Shown: positions 25,231 to 38,817 of the stretch, one piece after another | Numbering within the stretch: position 1 is the first letter of the stretch | Layout: each line of letters opens with the position of its first letter | Assembly: GCF_001194135.2 (NCBI RefSeq) | Contig: NC_068993.1 | Location: 942,818-985,827 of the forward strand | From: Octopus bimaculoides | Lineage: Eukaryota | Direction: 5' to 3' | DNA length: 43,010 nucleotides | The notes under the pieces: generated by a model | Seen by the model: the letters and a program-made list of their open reading frames with translations, nothing else | Told to the model about the DNA's origin: nothing | Database searches by the model: none | Position numbers and translations under genes: made by a program

Positions 25231-25441
25231 CTGTTAATGAAAGATGAGGGCTGCTGGATATTATAGTATTATAGAAAAAGATATATCTAAGTTATGACAT
25301 CATAGAAAGGTAGTAACATCTCATTTTGTAGGAAATCAGAGAAAGCAGCATATCAAGTCGTTTTAAGAATTTTGCATGTATTTCCTTAAAATATGCTTCA
25401 AGCTGTATATAAATATGCATGTATGATATATGTAAGCATGT

Positions 25442-25634
<193 letters not shown>

Positions 25635-26730
25635 GAGTATAATTTAATCTGTATATAAATAACCATGTATACTCAACAGCAATATGTATACACACAAAAA
25701 AAAAATGCTTAATTTCTTTGAAATATCTGCAGTTTTATTGAAGAATTATTTTATAAATGTAGGATATTAAATTTCAGTAATGTTTAGATAAATTTATCCC
25801 AAAGATTTTCTTTTACTACAGAAGAAATTTTCAAATTAAATTGAGAGACATAGGGAAAAATCCAAGTTGAAAACCTTTTGCCAACTACATGCATATTTAG
25901 TTTGCCATCACATTAATAATATTCATTTGGCAATGTGAATTCTTCATATAGATTTCTTTCATAAAAATTTTCCACATGACTTCATATTTATTTACTGTGA
26001 AAGTGTAAACTTCTATAGTTTAACAACATCTCGTTTTACTTTTCAATAAAAATAAACTGGAATGTCTTTTTAAAACGTTAAGTTTTTATTTGAGATTCAC
26101 TTTTGAAAACGAAAACATTTCATACGATTTATGAAGTCAAAATATCGTATAAGTGTGTCTTTCTATAAAATATACTTTAATTTGTATATAAATATGCATG
26201 CATACACAATGAAATATCGCTAGCTTTATTGAACAATTATTTTATAAATATTTGATCATTCCAAAGTTGACTGAAGTTCATTTTAAATTTTTACTTCTCA
26301 ATATTTTCCTACTTGGCTGTTATTAATATTTAATATTTACAAATATCCTTTATTTTATTAAAATTTAATATATAATCACTCGATGTTTGGCTGCATGTAC
26401 ATCAGAACTGAACAATGTGCCACTTGCTACGATTGAATAGTCAAACATTGACGGATTTCTACGACACTGATCAATCAAAGTTTGTGAATTCTGTCGATAT
26501 ATCGAATTACTAGTGTTGTTGTTGTTGTTGTTAGTGGCGGGGGTGGGGTGGTGTTTGTTGTGTGGAGAAGAGCAATAAATTGGATGTAGTTTTTACAATT
26601 GCTAGATTAGATGTTATTGGAGAGAACTACAGGGAAAACAAACAGGACAATGTATGTGCATGTGTATGTGTATGTATGTACATGGCTGTGCATGTGTGGA
26701 TGCATGTATGTGTGTGTGTATGTTTGTACA

Positions 26731-26734
<4 letters not shown>

Positions 26735-26822
<88 letters not shown>
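26735..26822. repeat. (TG)n microsatellite
   Basis: Direct reading. Confidence 0.97.
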
Positions 26823-26823
<1 letters not shown>

Positions 26824-29250
26824 TGTGATGGAGCCACATTAGAATGTTTGGTGACATTGTTTTGTGTTTAAAATTTAAAATTTCGTTTTAATCATTGTTG
26901 TTGTTGTTGAAATTATTGATTGCGCCTGCTGCCAAGAATTTGGACCGAGTTTAACACTGGCGTAGTTCTTTATAATGGAATTATTCATGCAAAATTATTC
27001 CAACTAACATGGAAATTTATTTAGGAGATGATGACAGAGCTTTTGACACATAAAGCATAGGTTGTCAACGTTAACGTAAATAGTAACAACTCGCAGTTGG
27101 AAGAGAAGTAATTATGTTGCCAATACCTCTAGTTAGAATATTTAGTATTAATAGCTGGAGTGGTTATTGCTTCTGTGAGTTTTAGAGAAAGAGAGAGAAA
27201 AAAAATTACTACTGTTTATTTATTTATATTTTTGTTTTGTATATATTACTGTTGTTGTTGTAATGATATCCTTTTTTTTTGTTTTTTTCAAAGATCCTCT
27301 GATCAGAGTGGATGTACTGGTCTCTCTCTATCTGTCATGGAAGCATACTTAATGCATCTTCATTAAGCTGCTAATTCTAACTGATGGCTCTGCTAGAACT
27401 CCACATGGGATTAGTGAGCCAGCTTTAAAGACACAAATTGGCTCACTACAAACAAACACATCCACTCTAAAAATCTGTGAATTCGATTTAATCAAAATCC
27501 CTAAGGAGTATAGACATAGGAATTGTTTAGCAAATCCATCTCTATATTGTTGGATTTACAACTTTTCATGGTTTTTAAACAACAAATTGCTAAAATCTAA
27601 TGGTACCTTGAGCTGTTATTGTTTGTCTTGCTATTGAAAGAGTGCTAAATGATATTTAAAGCACACTTTAGCACACAAAGGCTCTTAAACATCGAAAAAT
27701 CTGTCTGTTCAAAAGAACACATAGAAACAATTGTTTTAATTAAGCATAAAGATGTGAAATTGCTTTCTTTGTTCACAAAAATTGCTTTAAAAAGCATGAA
27801 TACATTTTATCATTGATAATTCTAAAACAAAAAAAAAGAATTTTTTTTTTCCCTTTGTCTTTGAAAGATTAGTGCATTACTATTCCACACAGGAGCGGCA
27901 GTTATCACCAAAGTATTAAAAAGTTTGCTTAAAGCAGGATGTTTTTACTGGAGGATCAGTGAATAAAGCTTGATCGTAATGCAACTGCTCTGCTATTATT
28001 GACACTCTTCTTGATTAGAAAGATTTCAAAAAAAGATATAAATAATCAAATTTGTTAACAAATAAAAATGAAACTTTACTTCTGTTCAGTGGTTTAATAT
28101 TTAGATTTCAGGATAAAAGTTTTCAAATGCAAACTTTACCCGAAACTGAAAGAAATAAGAATAAAATAAAATAAAATAAAATAAAATCTAATGGTGTCTG
28201 AAACCCAAACTGTTTGGCTGTTTGCAAGATAAGACGACTGTGAAATTAATGACATCTTTTGAAAAATCACCTTTGAAGCCTTATGGAAAAATGCTTTTCT
28301 TTTCAAGGATCAAAAAGAATTTTTTAAAATTATGTTTGGACTATAAATTCATTATGCAAAATCAATACAAATTTTGAGGTTGCATTGTCGATCTATGTTT
28401 TGATAGTATTCAAATGTTCCAAAAGCACTATTTTGTGGTGACTCAGAAATAGCATGACGGTTCTAATGACAAAAGCAAATAAAAACAAAACACAAACAAA
28501 CAAAAGCAAATGAAAATAAAAACAAATAAAAACAAAAGCAAAACAAAAAGCAAAGTGAATTGTCTTCATCTAAGTTTGGGTTAAATGGCATATTAATGGA
28601 GGAAAACCTTGAATCCAATCAAAACTCAGTTTTGTTATTTTTCTTGATATGATTTTCGCTTAATGGCTTTTATTTTGAAGCTACTTGTAGTGGTTTTAAT
28701 GTTAGTCTGAAGACAATAAAGGAATAAATTAAAAATTCAATATTTTTATTTCATCATTAAAACTTCACCTTACAGAGGTATGAAATTCTCTCCATTTTTT
28801 TCAAAAACCAAAACAACAACAACAAAACCAATTTTATTTCCCATTTTCTTAATGTGTCTTATCACAACTTGATTTGTTTTTGTTTTTTTTTCTTCTTGTA
28901 TGTGTGTGTGTCTTTCTTTCTAAGAATTATTTTAAAAAAATGATAAACAAAGCACCAACACAAACAGTTCTATAGGGACTCCTTCAAATGTTCAAAATAT
29001 AAATAAATAAATATAAAATTTATCATTGAAAGTTTTTTTTTGAAAAATAAACTTTAAAGATTAGATGAAAAGAGGGCAATGGCAGAGTCGTTGATTGAGC
29101 AGGAAAAATAATTTTGCCATAGAATATGGTGATGGCATTATGAAAAGATCTTGTGCAGTGAATATGATTGTGGTGTTGATAATGATGATGATGATGTTGA
29201 TAACATTAATGGTGGCCAATGTATGAAATAGAAACGTAAAGCTGCTGCTT

Positions 29251-29286
<36 letters not shown>

Positions 29287-29557
29287 TCATTGTTGTTGTT
29301 ATTGTGAAGAGATTAAATATTAGAAATAATAGTTAATATTATTCTTGAGGTCTCTGAATTTAAATTAAATAATATCCTGCAGAATTCGATGAAAGAGAAA
29401 ATCGGCAAGAGAGAGAGAGAGAGAGAGAGGAGAGATTTAATTCTAAAATGATCTTTCTTTTAAAGAGGAAATAGAGGTTCACATCAATATATGTGTGTAT
29501 GTGTATGTACATACACACATATATATAAATATTTATATATACATCTGCATGTGTGTG

Positions 29558-29606
<49 letters not shown>

Positions 29607-30159
29607 NNNNNNNNNNNNNNNNNNNNNNNNNNNNNNNNNNNNNNNNNNNNNNNNNNNNNNNNNNNNNNNNNNNNNNNNNNNNNNNNNNNNNNNNNNNNNN
29701 NNNNNNNNNNNNNNNNNNNNNNNNNNNNNNNNNNNNNNNNNNNNNNNNNNNNNNNNNNNNNNNNNNNNNNNNNNNNNNNNNNNNNNNNNNNNNNNNNNNN
29801 NNNNNNNNNNNNNNNNNNNNNNNNNNNNNNNNNNNNNNNNNNNNNNNNNNNNNTGTGTGTGTGTGTGCATACACTTACACATATAAATACACACATACAC
29901 ATGATGGAAGTTGATTCAGTAATGTGTGTGACCAATAACTGTAAATGAGCAGCAAAGCAAAGACGACTCTTTGGCCAATGGTTTGGTCAATATTTGCAAC
30001 AGATATACCAATATCTCTTCTCAGTTAAATGCAATGCAGAATCATAGCAGTCGGTCATTGAGTACAGACTTACAATAGGAAGACCCCCTAAAATATCATT
30101 TCCTCAGGTTTGTTGTGAAATATTGACCGGACAACAATTGGAGTATTTTCAGTATAAAT

Positions 30160-30480
30160 GTCTTTGACAACTTCTGAAACTATCTTGGACAGATTATGAA
30201 AGTGGATTATAGAAGTTGTCTCACGTCATGACAGACTAAGATGAGATGGCCATATACGTAGCATGGAAAGGAAAAGGAATTCTGAAGTATATAGTTTATG
30301 GAGAACCACGTTCTAGGAAAAGATACTCCTCTCACAAGTCAAAGTTAAGAAATGAAGACTGCTTCAAATCTGATCTCAAAAAAGGAAAGCTAATATCTTG
30401 AAAACTGATAAATAATTGCAATTAAGAGGAAAGGAATTATGGAGATGGAAAATAAATCCAAAAATTTTGAAGAGAATTGC
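30160..30480 (+). mobile_element. Decayed RTE-clade (BovB-like) LINE ORF2 C-terminal fragment
   Basis: Across a stop and a frameshift: RLR*DGHIRSME / ILKYIVYGEPRSRKRYSSHKSKLRNEDCFKSDLK, compared with the RTE pattern LRWxGHVxRM...PKxxLYGEL..GKR..GRPK.RY.D..K.DLK. Confidence 0.7.
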
Positions 30481-30715
30481 TTTAAATATGTAAAATTGAG
30501 ATACAAACTTTGTAGATGATAATAATTTCATCAAATGTTTCAATTTGTGACTGAGTTTGTCTTTCTAAGGCTGGTCTTGTTACCAGTGAAAGATATGTGA
30601 ACTAAAGAAAAGGTAATGATAAAGTTTTGTCTTCTGAAAGAACCTCTTTGCCAAACACATCCATCCATCCATCCATCCAGACATACATACATACAGGCAT
30701 ACATGTATGGATGAA

Positions 30716-30965
30716 TGAGTGAGTGTGTTTGTACCCAGGTTCCTTTGACTTGCCACCATTATGCTAATTGTAAACAAATGCCACCATCACAGAAATGGTG
30801 TCATTCATTTGAAATCTTCCATGAAAACATGTCTCGTATTGTGTTATGTTCAAACAGAGGAACATTACCTTATTTGGAAATAAGTGAGGGGTGTTGAGAG
30901 TAAGAAATTGAAGATTAGTCCCATCAATAACTCATGCAGAAATGGAAAAGTAGATGTTGATGCTG
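30716..30965 (+). mobile_element. SINE-like repeat (family C) 3' part ending in a (GAT/GCT)n tail
   Basis: tgtaaacaaatgccacc...cttccatgaaaacatgtct...attaccttatttggaaa...catgcagaaatggaaaagtagatgtt-gatgctg; matches a recalled octopus SINE body, CpG-decayed. Confidence 0.55.
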
Positions 30966-31009
30966 CTGATGCTGCTGCTGATATATAAAGCATTCCAGAA
31001 TTGTAAAAT

Positions 31010-31950
31010 AATCAGACAAGAATATTACAGACACATTAAGACAGAACTAAATGCTAAGAACAGAGTAATAAACATTAACACATTAGCTGTGCCAGTTAAT
31101 AACTTGTAGATTTCATTAATAAAAGATGTATGAAGTAAGGAGTTTAAAGATAAAACAAAAAAAATAAATGAGAATCTTTAGAATTGACCAACTAAAGTAG
31201 ACATTGATAGGTTATAGTTATCTTTGGTGGAAGAGAATGATGTGATTATAAAAATCACTATAAATAGTTTTAATATCACAAAATATAGCAATAGATTGAG
31301 AGAAATAATTAAGAAACATTAAGAATTGTATGAAATTATCTCTTTTTTCAAGTATGAGGATTAAAATGTTCCAAATAAAAGCTGGAATAACGATGGTGAG
31401 GAGGAAGGTCTAGGAATCTACAGAGAAAACCAAAAGATTAAAGAACTGAAATGTAAAAAGGAACAACACACGAAAACATGATAAAGGGATGAGAAGGGAA
31501 AACCTTTGAACAGACAATGTTCTAAGTTGAAAGATAGACCATCAAGGATTACTGGCTTCAAAGATGGAGTTTAAAAGTTGAGAGTGAAAGACTTCTGATT
31601 GTAACATGGGATCAGTGACTTTGTATTTAAAATCAAAATAAAAAAAAACATTGTTGTTACAAAATAGTTTTTACATGATTGCAGTTGATGCGGAGATTAT
31701 AAACGATTATATTCTTTCTGGTTGACCATTCCTAATAGCAACCAAAAACACCAACAGACATAACAAAGGAAACTGTGCTGAAACTTCAGTATAGACACTG
31801 AAAAGAGATGGTAAAAACATCCAAAGCAGATAAGAAAATAGATGTGAGTAGCAATACTCTGGGATATGTCTATAGATGCTAAGAGAATATTTAGAGTACA
31901 ACAGCATGGTGGGTGCTGAGTACGAATACTCTGGAATATGATTGTAGACA
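31010..31950 (+). mobile_element. Decayed R4/Dong-like (RLE) non-LTR retrotransposon fragment
   Basis: Broken frames give YYRHIKTELNAKNRVINTLAVPV, GVLKVESERLLIVTWDQ, EIINDYILSG*P and RKLC*NFSIDTEKRW*KHP...VAILWDMSI. These parallel R4-clade motifs ILKTELNAKNK..AINTLAVPV, GLKAETEG.I.A.QDQ, ETIDHIVSGCP and WY.H.P...ILWD. Confidence 0.75.
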
Positions 31951-32315
31951 GCAATTGGCAGAACCTCCATGGTAGTTTAGGAGAGTCTTTGGATGCCTTG
32001 TGGTATTTGTTCAACACCTTTGTATTCTGAGTTCAAATTCTACCTTGACCTACTAAACTGAAGTTTTAGGGTCTTCTGATAATACTCTTTTGGTTTGAGA
32101 ATGTTCATTCATATAAAAATGTGGCAAAAAATTTTTAATGAGTTTGTTCACAAGTTTTGTAATTAATGTTTGAAATAATAATTAAATGACAGCAATTTTA
32201 GCCATTGTTGTTGGATGTAATGTAATTATAGCAGACAGATGTAGAGAAATGTCTTCACAGGGTGAAAGTTTGTATTGTCTATTGTTGGATAAATCCTGTT
32301 TCCAGGCAATGACAA

Positions 32316-32525
32316 AGTGGAAGTGAGCTGACAGAACCATTAGCACACCAGGAGTATTTGTTTTGGCTTCTTTTGTTCTGAGTTCAAATCCAATAAGATC
32401 AATGTTGTTTTTTAACCTTCCAAAGTTAATAAAATAAGATACCAGTCAAGTATTGGGGTTGACAGTATTGACTAACCCCAGCCGTTAGAATTGCTGGCCT
32501 TGCATCAAAATTAAAAAACTATTAT
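32316..32525 (+). mobile_element. Family A SINE, near full length, CpG-decayed
   Basis: gtgagctgacagaaccattagcacaccagg head, gttctgagttcaaatcc B-box, tail ggccttgcatcaaaattaaaaaactattatc. Confidence 0.75.
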
Positions 32526-34365
32526 CAATGTCGTTAAACAGGATGTGTAAATTAGGACTTGCAAAAAGTAACTGGATTTTATTTTAAAAATTCATATTAT
32601 TAGAAAGACAATTTCCAACCCTGGTCTCATGGAACCCCTACATCTCATGGACGGTTGTAAAAATCTCATGCACAGTATTTGGTGTGTTATGGATGGAAAA
32701 AGGGTGAAAATGAGTGAGAAGAAGAAAACAATAGAAGTGTTTACTGTTCAGAGAAAATTTTCGAAAGGAAATAGTTTTACAGCAGAGACAGGCAGTTGGT
32801 GCCACCAAATATAGGGTAGGACTTTAAAAGTGAGAAAGGTTATCGTTTTCTCAGCCTGCAGATATCTATATAATGGTATTCTTTGAGGATTAGGCTGCAG
32901 GAACTTACAAAGGCCTGCAAGCTACAACAGATATTTGTTTTCTACATTTAGATAAACCTATTCTTTGTTTTAACGATTCCATGTGCTTTATAAACTGTAT
33001 GCCCTCTGGTAAACAGTTTCAAGAACCAGAAATAAATAAATAAAGCTACAACAACAATAAACATAAACAAAAAGACAAAAACAAAGCCTATCTCTCAGAG
33101 ATTGAACAAGTTCCATGGACAGCCAGTTCTTCTTATTTTTCTTATTTTACAAGCAAGAAGGATTTAATGGAAGAAAGATGTTTAAAAGCCAGAGTGAAAG
33201 ATATCAACATTTATCTCCAACTGGTGAATTAAAAACGTTGTTAGTGTAATATGGGGTGGGATGGGGGGTGTTGTGTTGATGCAATAAGGGTGGGGGGAGA
33301 GATGTTGGAATAACAGAAAGGGGGTGGCTGTCATGGTTTGCTGTTGTTGTTGTTGGTGGTGGTGGTTGTGGTGATGGTGGTGGTGAGGTGTTCAATGTCA
33401 AATGGCACCTTAATGACAATCTAACATAAGACAAACAACATCTTTTAAAACTAATGTATTTGTAAACTGGCATTATGGAAAGCAAAGACTATGGAGATAC
33501 ATACGTGTAAGCATATGTGTCTTTATATATATATATATATATATATACATATATAAAATTTATATACATGTATGTATGTATGTGTGTAAGTATGTGTTAT
33601 GTATTTGTTGAAAGATCCACCTTTGAACATCAAAGTAAACTCTTATTTAAAGCCAACCTATTGAAAATATGACAATTTTAGTTTTTAAATTAATCTCAGA
33701 AACCAAATGGAATATATCTTGTCTTCCTATATTAAATATTGCCTCAGTTTTTTGTTTAATAAAAAAATATATGTAAATATATATAAACAAAAGAATGATT
33801 TAAAGTGGAGCAAAGATTAAAGCACTAATGGAAGAATTAAAGTAAAATGCTAAGAAATGATTAGCAATTAAGTTTGTTAAACAATTCTTGAAGCAGAACT
33901 GTGTTGTGAAAATATTAGAGTTTAAAAATCACAAGAAATTTATTTAAAGAATTCATTATTCTTAGATAATATTAAAAAAAAAATCTCTGTTTTTAATTTT
34001 AATAAAATTTCTAAAAAAAAAAATATTCTTCCTTTGTTCTTTCTTGCCACTATTAGCATTTCTTTAATTTGAAATTCCTCTCTCTTTCTCTCTCTCTCTC
34101 TGTTTCTCTCTCCCTCATTCTCTGTCTTCTTCTCCCCTTCATTCCTTCTCTCTTTTTCTCTCCTTGCAGCCTTACCATCACTTGTCGTAATATCATGCTT
34201 GAGTGATTCTGTAGCAATATGAAGTCAGTGATGAGGAAACGGAGAGGGGTGGGGTGGAGAGAGAGAAAGGGGGAGAGAGAGAGAAAGAGGGAGAGAGAGA
34301 AGAAGAAGATTGAAAGAAAGCAGAAGGGGGCAAAAGGAGAGGAGAGAGAGAAAAAAATGAAAGTG

Positions 34366-34404
<39 letters not shown>

Positions 34405-35537
34405 CAATACAGAACAAGAAACAAGATAGATAGATACAAAGAGAGAGAGAGAGAGAGAGAAGATAAGAAAGAGGTTGAGAGAAAGGGAAGGAAAAGAAGA
34501 TAAACTGAAAGAAAGTGAGAGGAGAAAAAGAAGACAGAAGTTGGATATATATATATATATATGTATGTATCAGGAGAGGAAGATAGAAAGAAAGGGGGGG
34601 AGAGAGAGAGAGAGAGAGAGAGAGAAGAGATTAGAAAACAGAGAGAAAAACTATATTTATTGCCTCATTTTTTCAACCAATGTTTATTTTCTTTTTTCCT
34701 GGCTTTCCTTTGTGATTTCATCTTCTTTCGAGGACCTTTTTTCTAATTATTATTATTATTGTTATTATCATTATTATTATCATTATTATTTTCTATATCT
34801 AATTAACTTCAGTAATTGTGAAGCATCACCGGCAGATCACAGCCAAGTATTTCTTTGACTTTTCTACATATTTGGTTACACCACCTCTCACCACCACCAC
34901 CACCACCACAATAGACACCATCAACAACAACAACAACATTAAAAAAATATTATTTAAAGAAAGGAAGAGGTAAAAGTAAAATAAGGGGAGGGGGAGATGA
35001 AAATGCTTGCAGTACGTTACTTTTTGCATGCTTAATTCATTAATGTTAATGTAGAAGGGGGAGGCGGTGGCAGCAGTTGTGGTGGCTGCAGTGGTGGTGG
35101 TGGTGGTGGTGGCCCCATGTTTACCTAAAATAGGGACAGACTTGTATAAAAAAAACAAAAAAAAAAAGCCCAACAAAACCAGCAAAAAGAGTGCAAGAAG
35201 GAAGTAAACTTTACATTTTGCAGAACATCAATGAATTCCATGATAAAAAGAAGCGGAAAAGATTAGCACCATTTTAATAAATAGAGGAAAATAAGAAATA
35301 GAAATAAAAAAGTTTTAAAAAAAATAAAAACAATAAATTTTTTTTTTTTTAAATAAGAAAAATTAAAAAGAAAGGCAGAAGAAAATATTTAAATAAAAAC
35401 AAAGTAAATCTTGCTCTCTTAACACTCACAGATATATTTGTGTGTGTATGTGTGTGTGTGTATATATATATAAACACACACACACACATATATATATACA
35501 GACACATATACACATCCATACATGTACATACATTTAC

Positions 35538-35568
<31 letters not shown>

Positions 35569-35645
35569 AATGTATGTCTGTATATATCCTCATTTCTTGC
35601 AGTCAACCAAGGAAGGAGACAGTAAAAGAAGCAGAAAAGAAACAC

Positions 35646-35689
<44 letters not shown>

Positions 35690-36945
35690 GCACAAAATAA
35701 AAACAAAGCGAAGGCTGTGCGAGGGGGAAGGAGGGGATGCAACCAAAAGTAAATTTAATTTTTTTAATTTAAAAAAGTAAATAAATCTCTTCCAGAGAAA
35801 TAGAATTTCGTTATCCAGTTTAAACTGACAAATAAAAGTGAATTTTTAATTAGAAAAATTTTGATTTTTGAGCATCAAGNNNNNNNNNNNNNNNNNNNNN
35901 NNNNNNNNNNNNNNNNNNNNNNNNNNNNNNNNNNNNNNNNNNNNNNNNNNNNNNNNNNNNNNNNNNNNNNNNNNNNNNNNNNNNNNNNNNNNNNNNNNNN
36001 NNNNNNNNNNNNNNNNNNNNNNNNNNNNNNNNNNNNNNNNNNNNNNNNNNNNNNNNNNNNNNNNNNNNNNNNNNNNNNNNNNNNNNNNNNNNNNNNNNNN
36101 NNNNNNNNNNNNNNNNNNNNNNNNNNNNNNNNNNNNNNNNNNNNNNNNNNNNNNNNNNNNNNNNNNNNNNNNNNNNNNNNNNNNNNNNNNNNNNNNNNNN
36201 NNNNNNNNNNNNNNNNNNNNNNNNNNNNNNNNNNNNNNNNNNNNNNNNNNNNNNNNNNNNNNNNNNNNNCTCCTCCTCCTCCTCTTCTACCTCCTCCTTC
36301 TCCTCCTCCTCCCTCTTATGTAATTTATTCAACTTCACTAAATGAGACTTTAGTCATTTATCTCAGACTCTGAGTTTGAGTTTGATGATGGTGAGGGTGG
36401 GGAGGACAGAGTGCGGTCAGAGGGCAGAGGTCATGGAATCAGGGTCAGAGTTTGCTAAGGAGAACATGGAGTCAATGATGGAGACGGGGTTTTGTTTTGG
36501 GTTAGAGTTTTTTTTTTTTTTTTTTTNNNNNNNNNNNNNNNNNNNNNNNNNNNNNNNNNNNNNNNNNNNNNNNNNNNNNNNNNNNNNNNNNNNNNNNNNN
36601 NNNNNNNNNNNNNNNNNNNNNNNNNNNNNNNNNNNNNNNNNNNNNNNNNNNNNNNNNNNNNNNNNNNNNNNNNNNNNNNNNNNNNNNNNNNNNNNNNNNN
36701 NNNNNNNNNNNNNNNNNNNNNNNNNNNNNNNNNNNNNNNNNNNNNNNNNNNNNNNNNNNNNNNNNNNNNNNNNNNNNNNNNNNNNNNNNNNNNNNNNNNN
36801 NNNNNNNNNNNNNNNNNNNNNNNNNNNNNNNNNNNNNNNNNNNNNNNNNNNNNNNNNNNNNNNNNNNNNNNNNNNNNNNNNNNNNNNNNNNNNNNNNNNN
36901 NNNNNNNNNNNNNNNNNNNNNNNNNNNNNNNNNNNNNNNNNNNNN

Positions 36946-36989
<44 letters not shown>

Positions 36990-37233
36990 CCTCTCTCAAA
37001 CAGTGAGGAAATGCAGAATACCATTTGCTGAGCACTGCTTTAGGGATGGTTATTTATCTTTTGGAGGCCTCAGCCACCAGGTGAAAAAGGTCACAAACTC
37101 TTTTATCAAGATGTAATCACTTGAGATTCAGAATGTGATGTATGAGATCTTAGTGTGATAATGTAGACACTCAAGAGATTGGAGAGGAGTTGTGAAGATT
37201 ATCTCAAACCGGGGTCACCTCAGAGAAGGACTG

Positions 37234-37846
37234 CAGTAGTTCCTAACCTTTTTTCAGCTTGCAGAGCACTTTAGAGCAAATATAAATATTTTGACATAAT
37301 TTGTGCATAAAAAAATATATTAAAAATTACCATCTTAATCATCATATAAGTAATAAGGGATTTAATAAATTTTTTGACATTAAGATGGCCCTTAATACAA
37401 AGCCACTCATTTCAAAATGCTCATATCTAAATTAGAATCTTGCATTTTAATTTTATATAAAAACCATTTTATGTTTTCTGCTCCAGCATAATAAAGAAAA
37501 AGTTTGTTATTTAACAAAATCCCCCTAATTATCAATTATTTTCAAAATTAATTGAAACATATAGGCAGCATGTTTCATTAGATATAAAGTCATGGAAAGG
37601 TTTTAACCCTACACAAAAATTAATTAAGTAATTACATCGTTAGTCAATAAATGATGCAGAATTATCAGGACTGTTATTTTAAAAATGCCAGTTTGTAATT
37701 TTCTCATTTAAAAAAAATTTAATAATTTTGGCAGCGTTTGTAGCTACACTTCATAGTATTCTAGTTGTTCTGTGGCACACTATTGCTATGTGGCACACCA
37801 TGGTCTGTGGCATACCATAGTTTGTAACAGTTTTTGGGAGCCATTG
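37234..37846. mobile_element. Possible old hAT (Charlie-like) MITE
   Basis: Imperfect TIRs cagtagttcctaa / caatggctcccaa (9/13, mismatches all transitions); subterminal gtggcacac-type repeats at about 37770-37815. No TSD found. Confidence 0.4.
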
Positions 37847-38535
37847 TACAAAAAGCTGGGTAATAAAAATTAGTTCTTCAGAATATTTCGCTTTAAAACA
37901 AGACCTTGCTACTCCAAAGTGAGATTGACATGAAAAATATTTATTTAATAAAAAATTTGACATGAAAACACCATAATATTATTTGCAATATCGACAATTT
38001 AAATTTGGTTAACTATAAGTTTTCATAAACCAAGCAATGCAGTAAAAAATACCTATCATTTGGTTGTAATGCCAACCATTTTATTGAGGGGTTAGGGACT
38101 GAAATGGCCCTCAATGCTAAGTTTCTGAGAACGTAATATTTGAGTGAGTGAAAATTTGTCAAACCACTGGGATTCTTCACTACTTTGTTCTCTGTCTTAG
38201 AAATATTCCTCTACGAAATCAAATGTAAATAAATCTATTTTTCAAATAATTATAGGTTTGTTGAAAGTAAACTTCAATTCTGAGGAGTTACAAAAAGAAA
38301 AGAAAAAAAAAGAGAAAAACTCTTTTTAGGGGGAAAACAGTTCAAGTTTTGTTGAAATGACATTTGCTCACTTTGAACTCTCTGTTCTCATTTTGATGAT
38401 TCATAGACTCACGAAATTGAAAAGTTGGTACATGTTAATAATGCAATGGAACGATGAATGTAGTTTATTAGGTTAAATAGGAGAGGTAATTAGTTGAAGT
38501 GAAGGATATTATAGTTAATTTTACAATTAGTGCAC

Positions 38536-38611
38536 AGCTACTGATCCTGTAAACATTGATTGTTAGCTATTGATCCTGTGAAGACTGATTGTTAGCTATT
38601 GATCCTGTAAA
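38536..38611. repeat. 29-bp tandem repeat, about 2.6 copies
   Basis: agctaYtgatcctgt units start at 38536, 38565 and 38594. Confidence 0.85.
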
Positions 38612-38817
38612 TATATCTGGATTTCCTTGGAAACCAAAATGAAACCTCAATATTTGCTGCATTTTGTGTCTACAACAACAACAAAAATCCTGGAAAGAAA
38701 AGATGGATACAAACTGGGAAGCTAAAAAAAATGGTTTGGATGAAGGAATTTTTTTGATGCAAGACAGCTTTAGGAATGAATTAACATCAATTATTCAAGA
38801 CTGCAAAATAGACTAAC

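Noticed and set aside
32609-32640. hAT-TIR-like caatttccaaccctggtctcatggaacccct
   Set aside because: No matching second end or TSD found.
34828-34860. TCACAGCCA, resembling the miR-2 family 5' end
   Set aside because: The rest of the sequence does not match miR-2 and there is no hairpin beyond about 6 bp.
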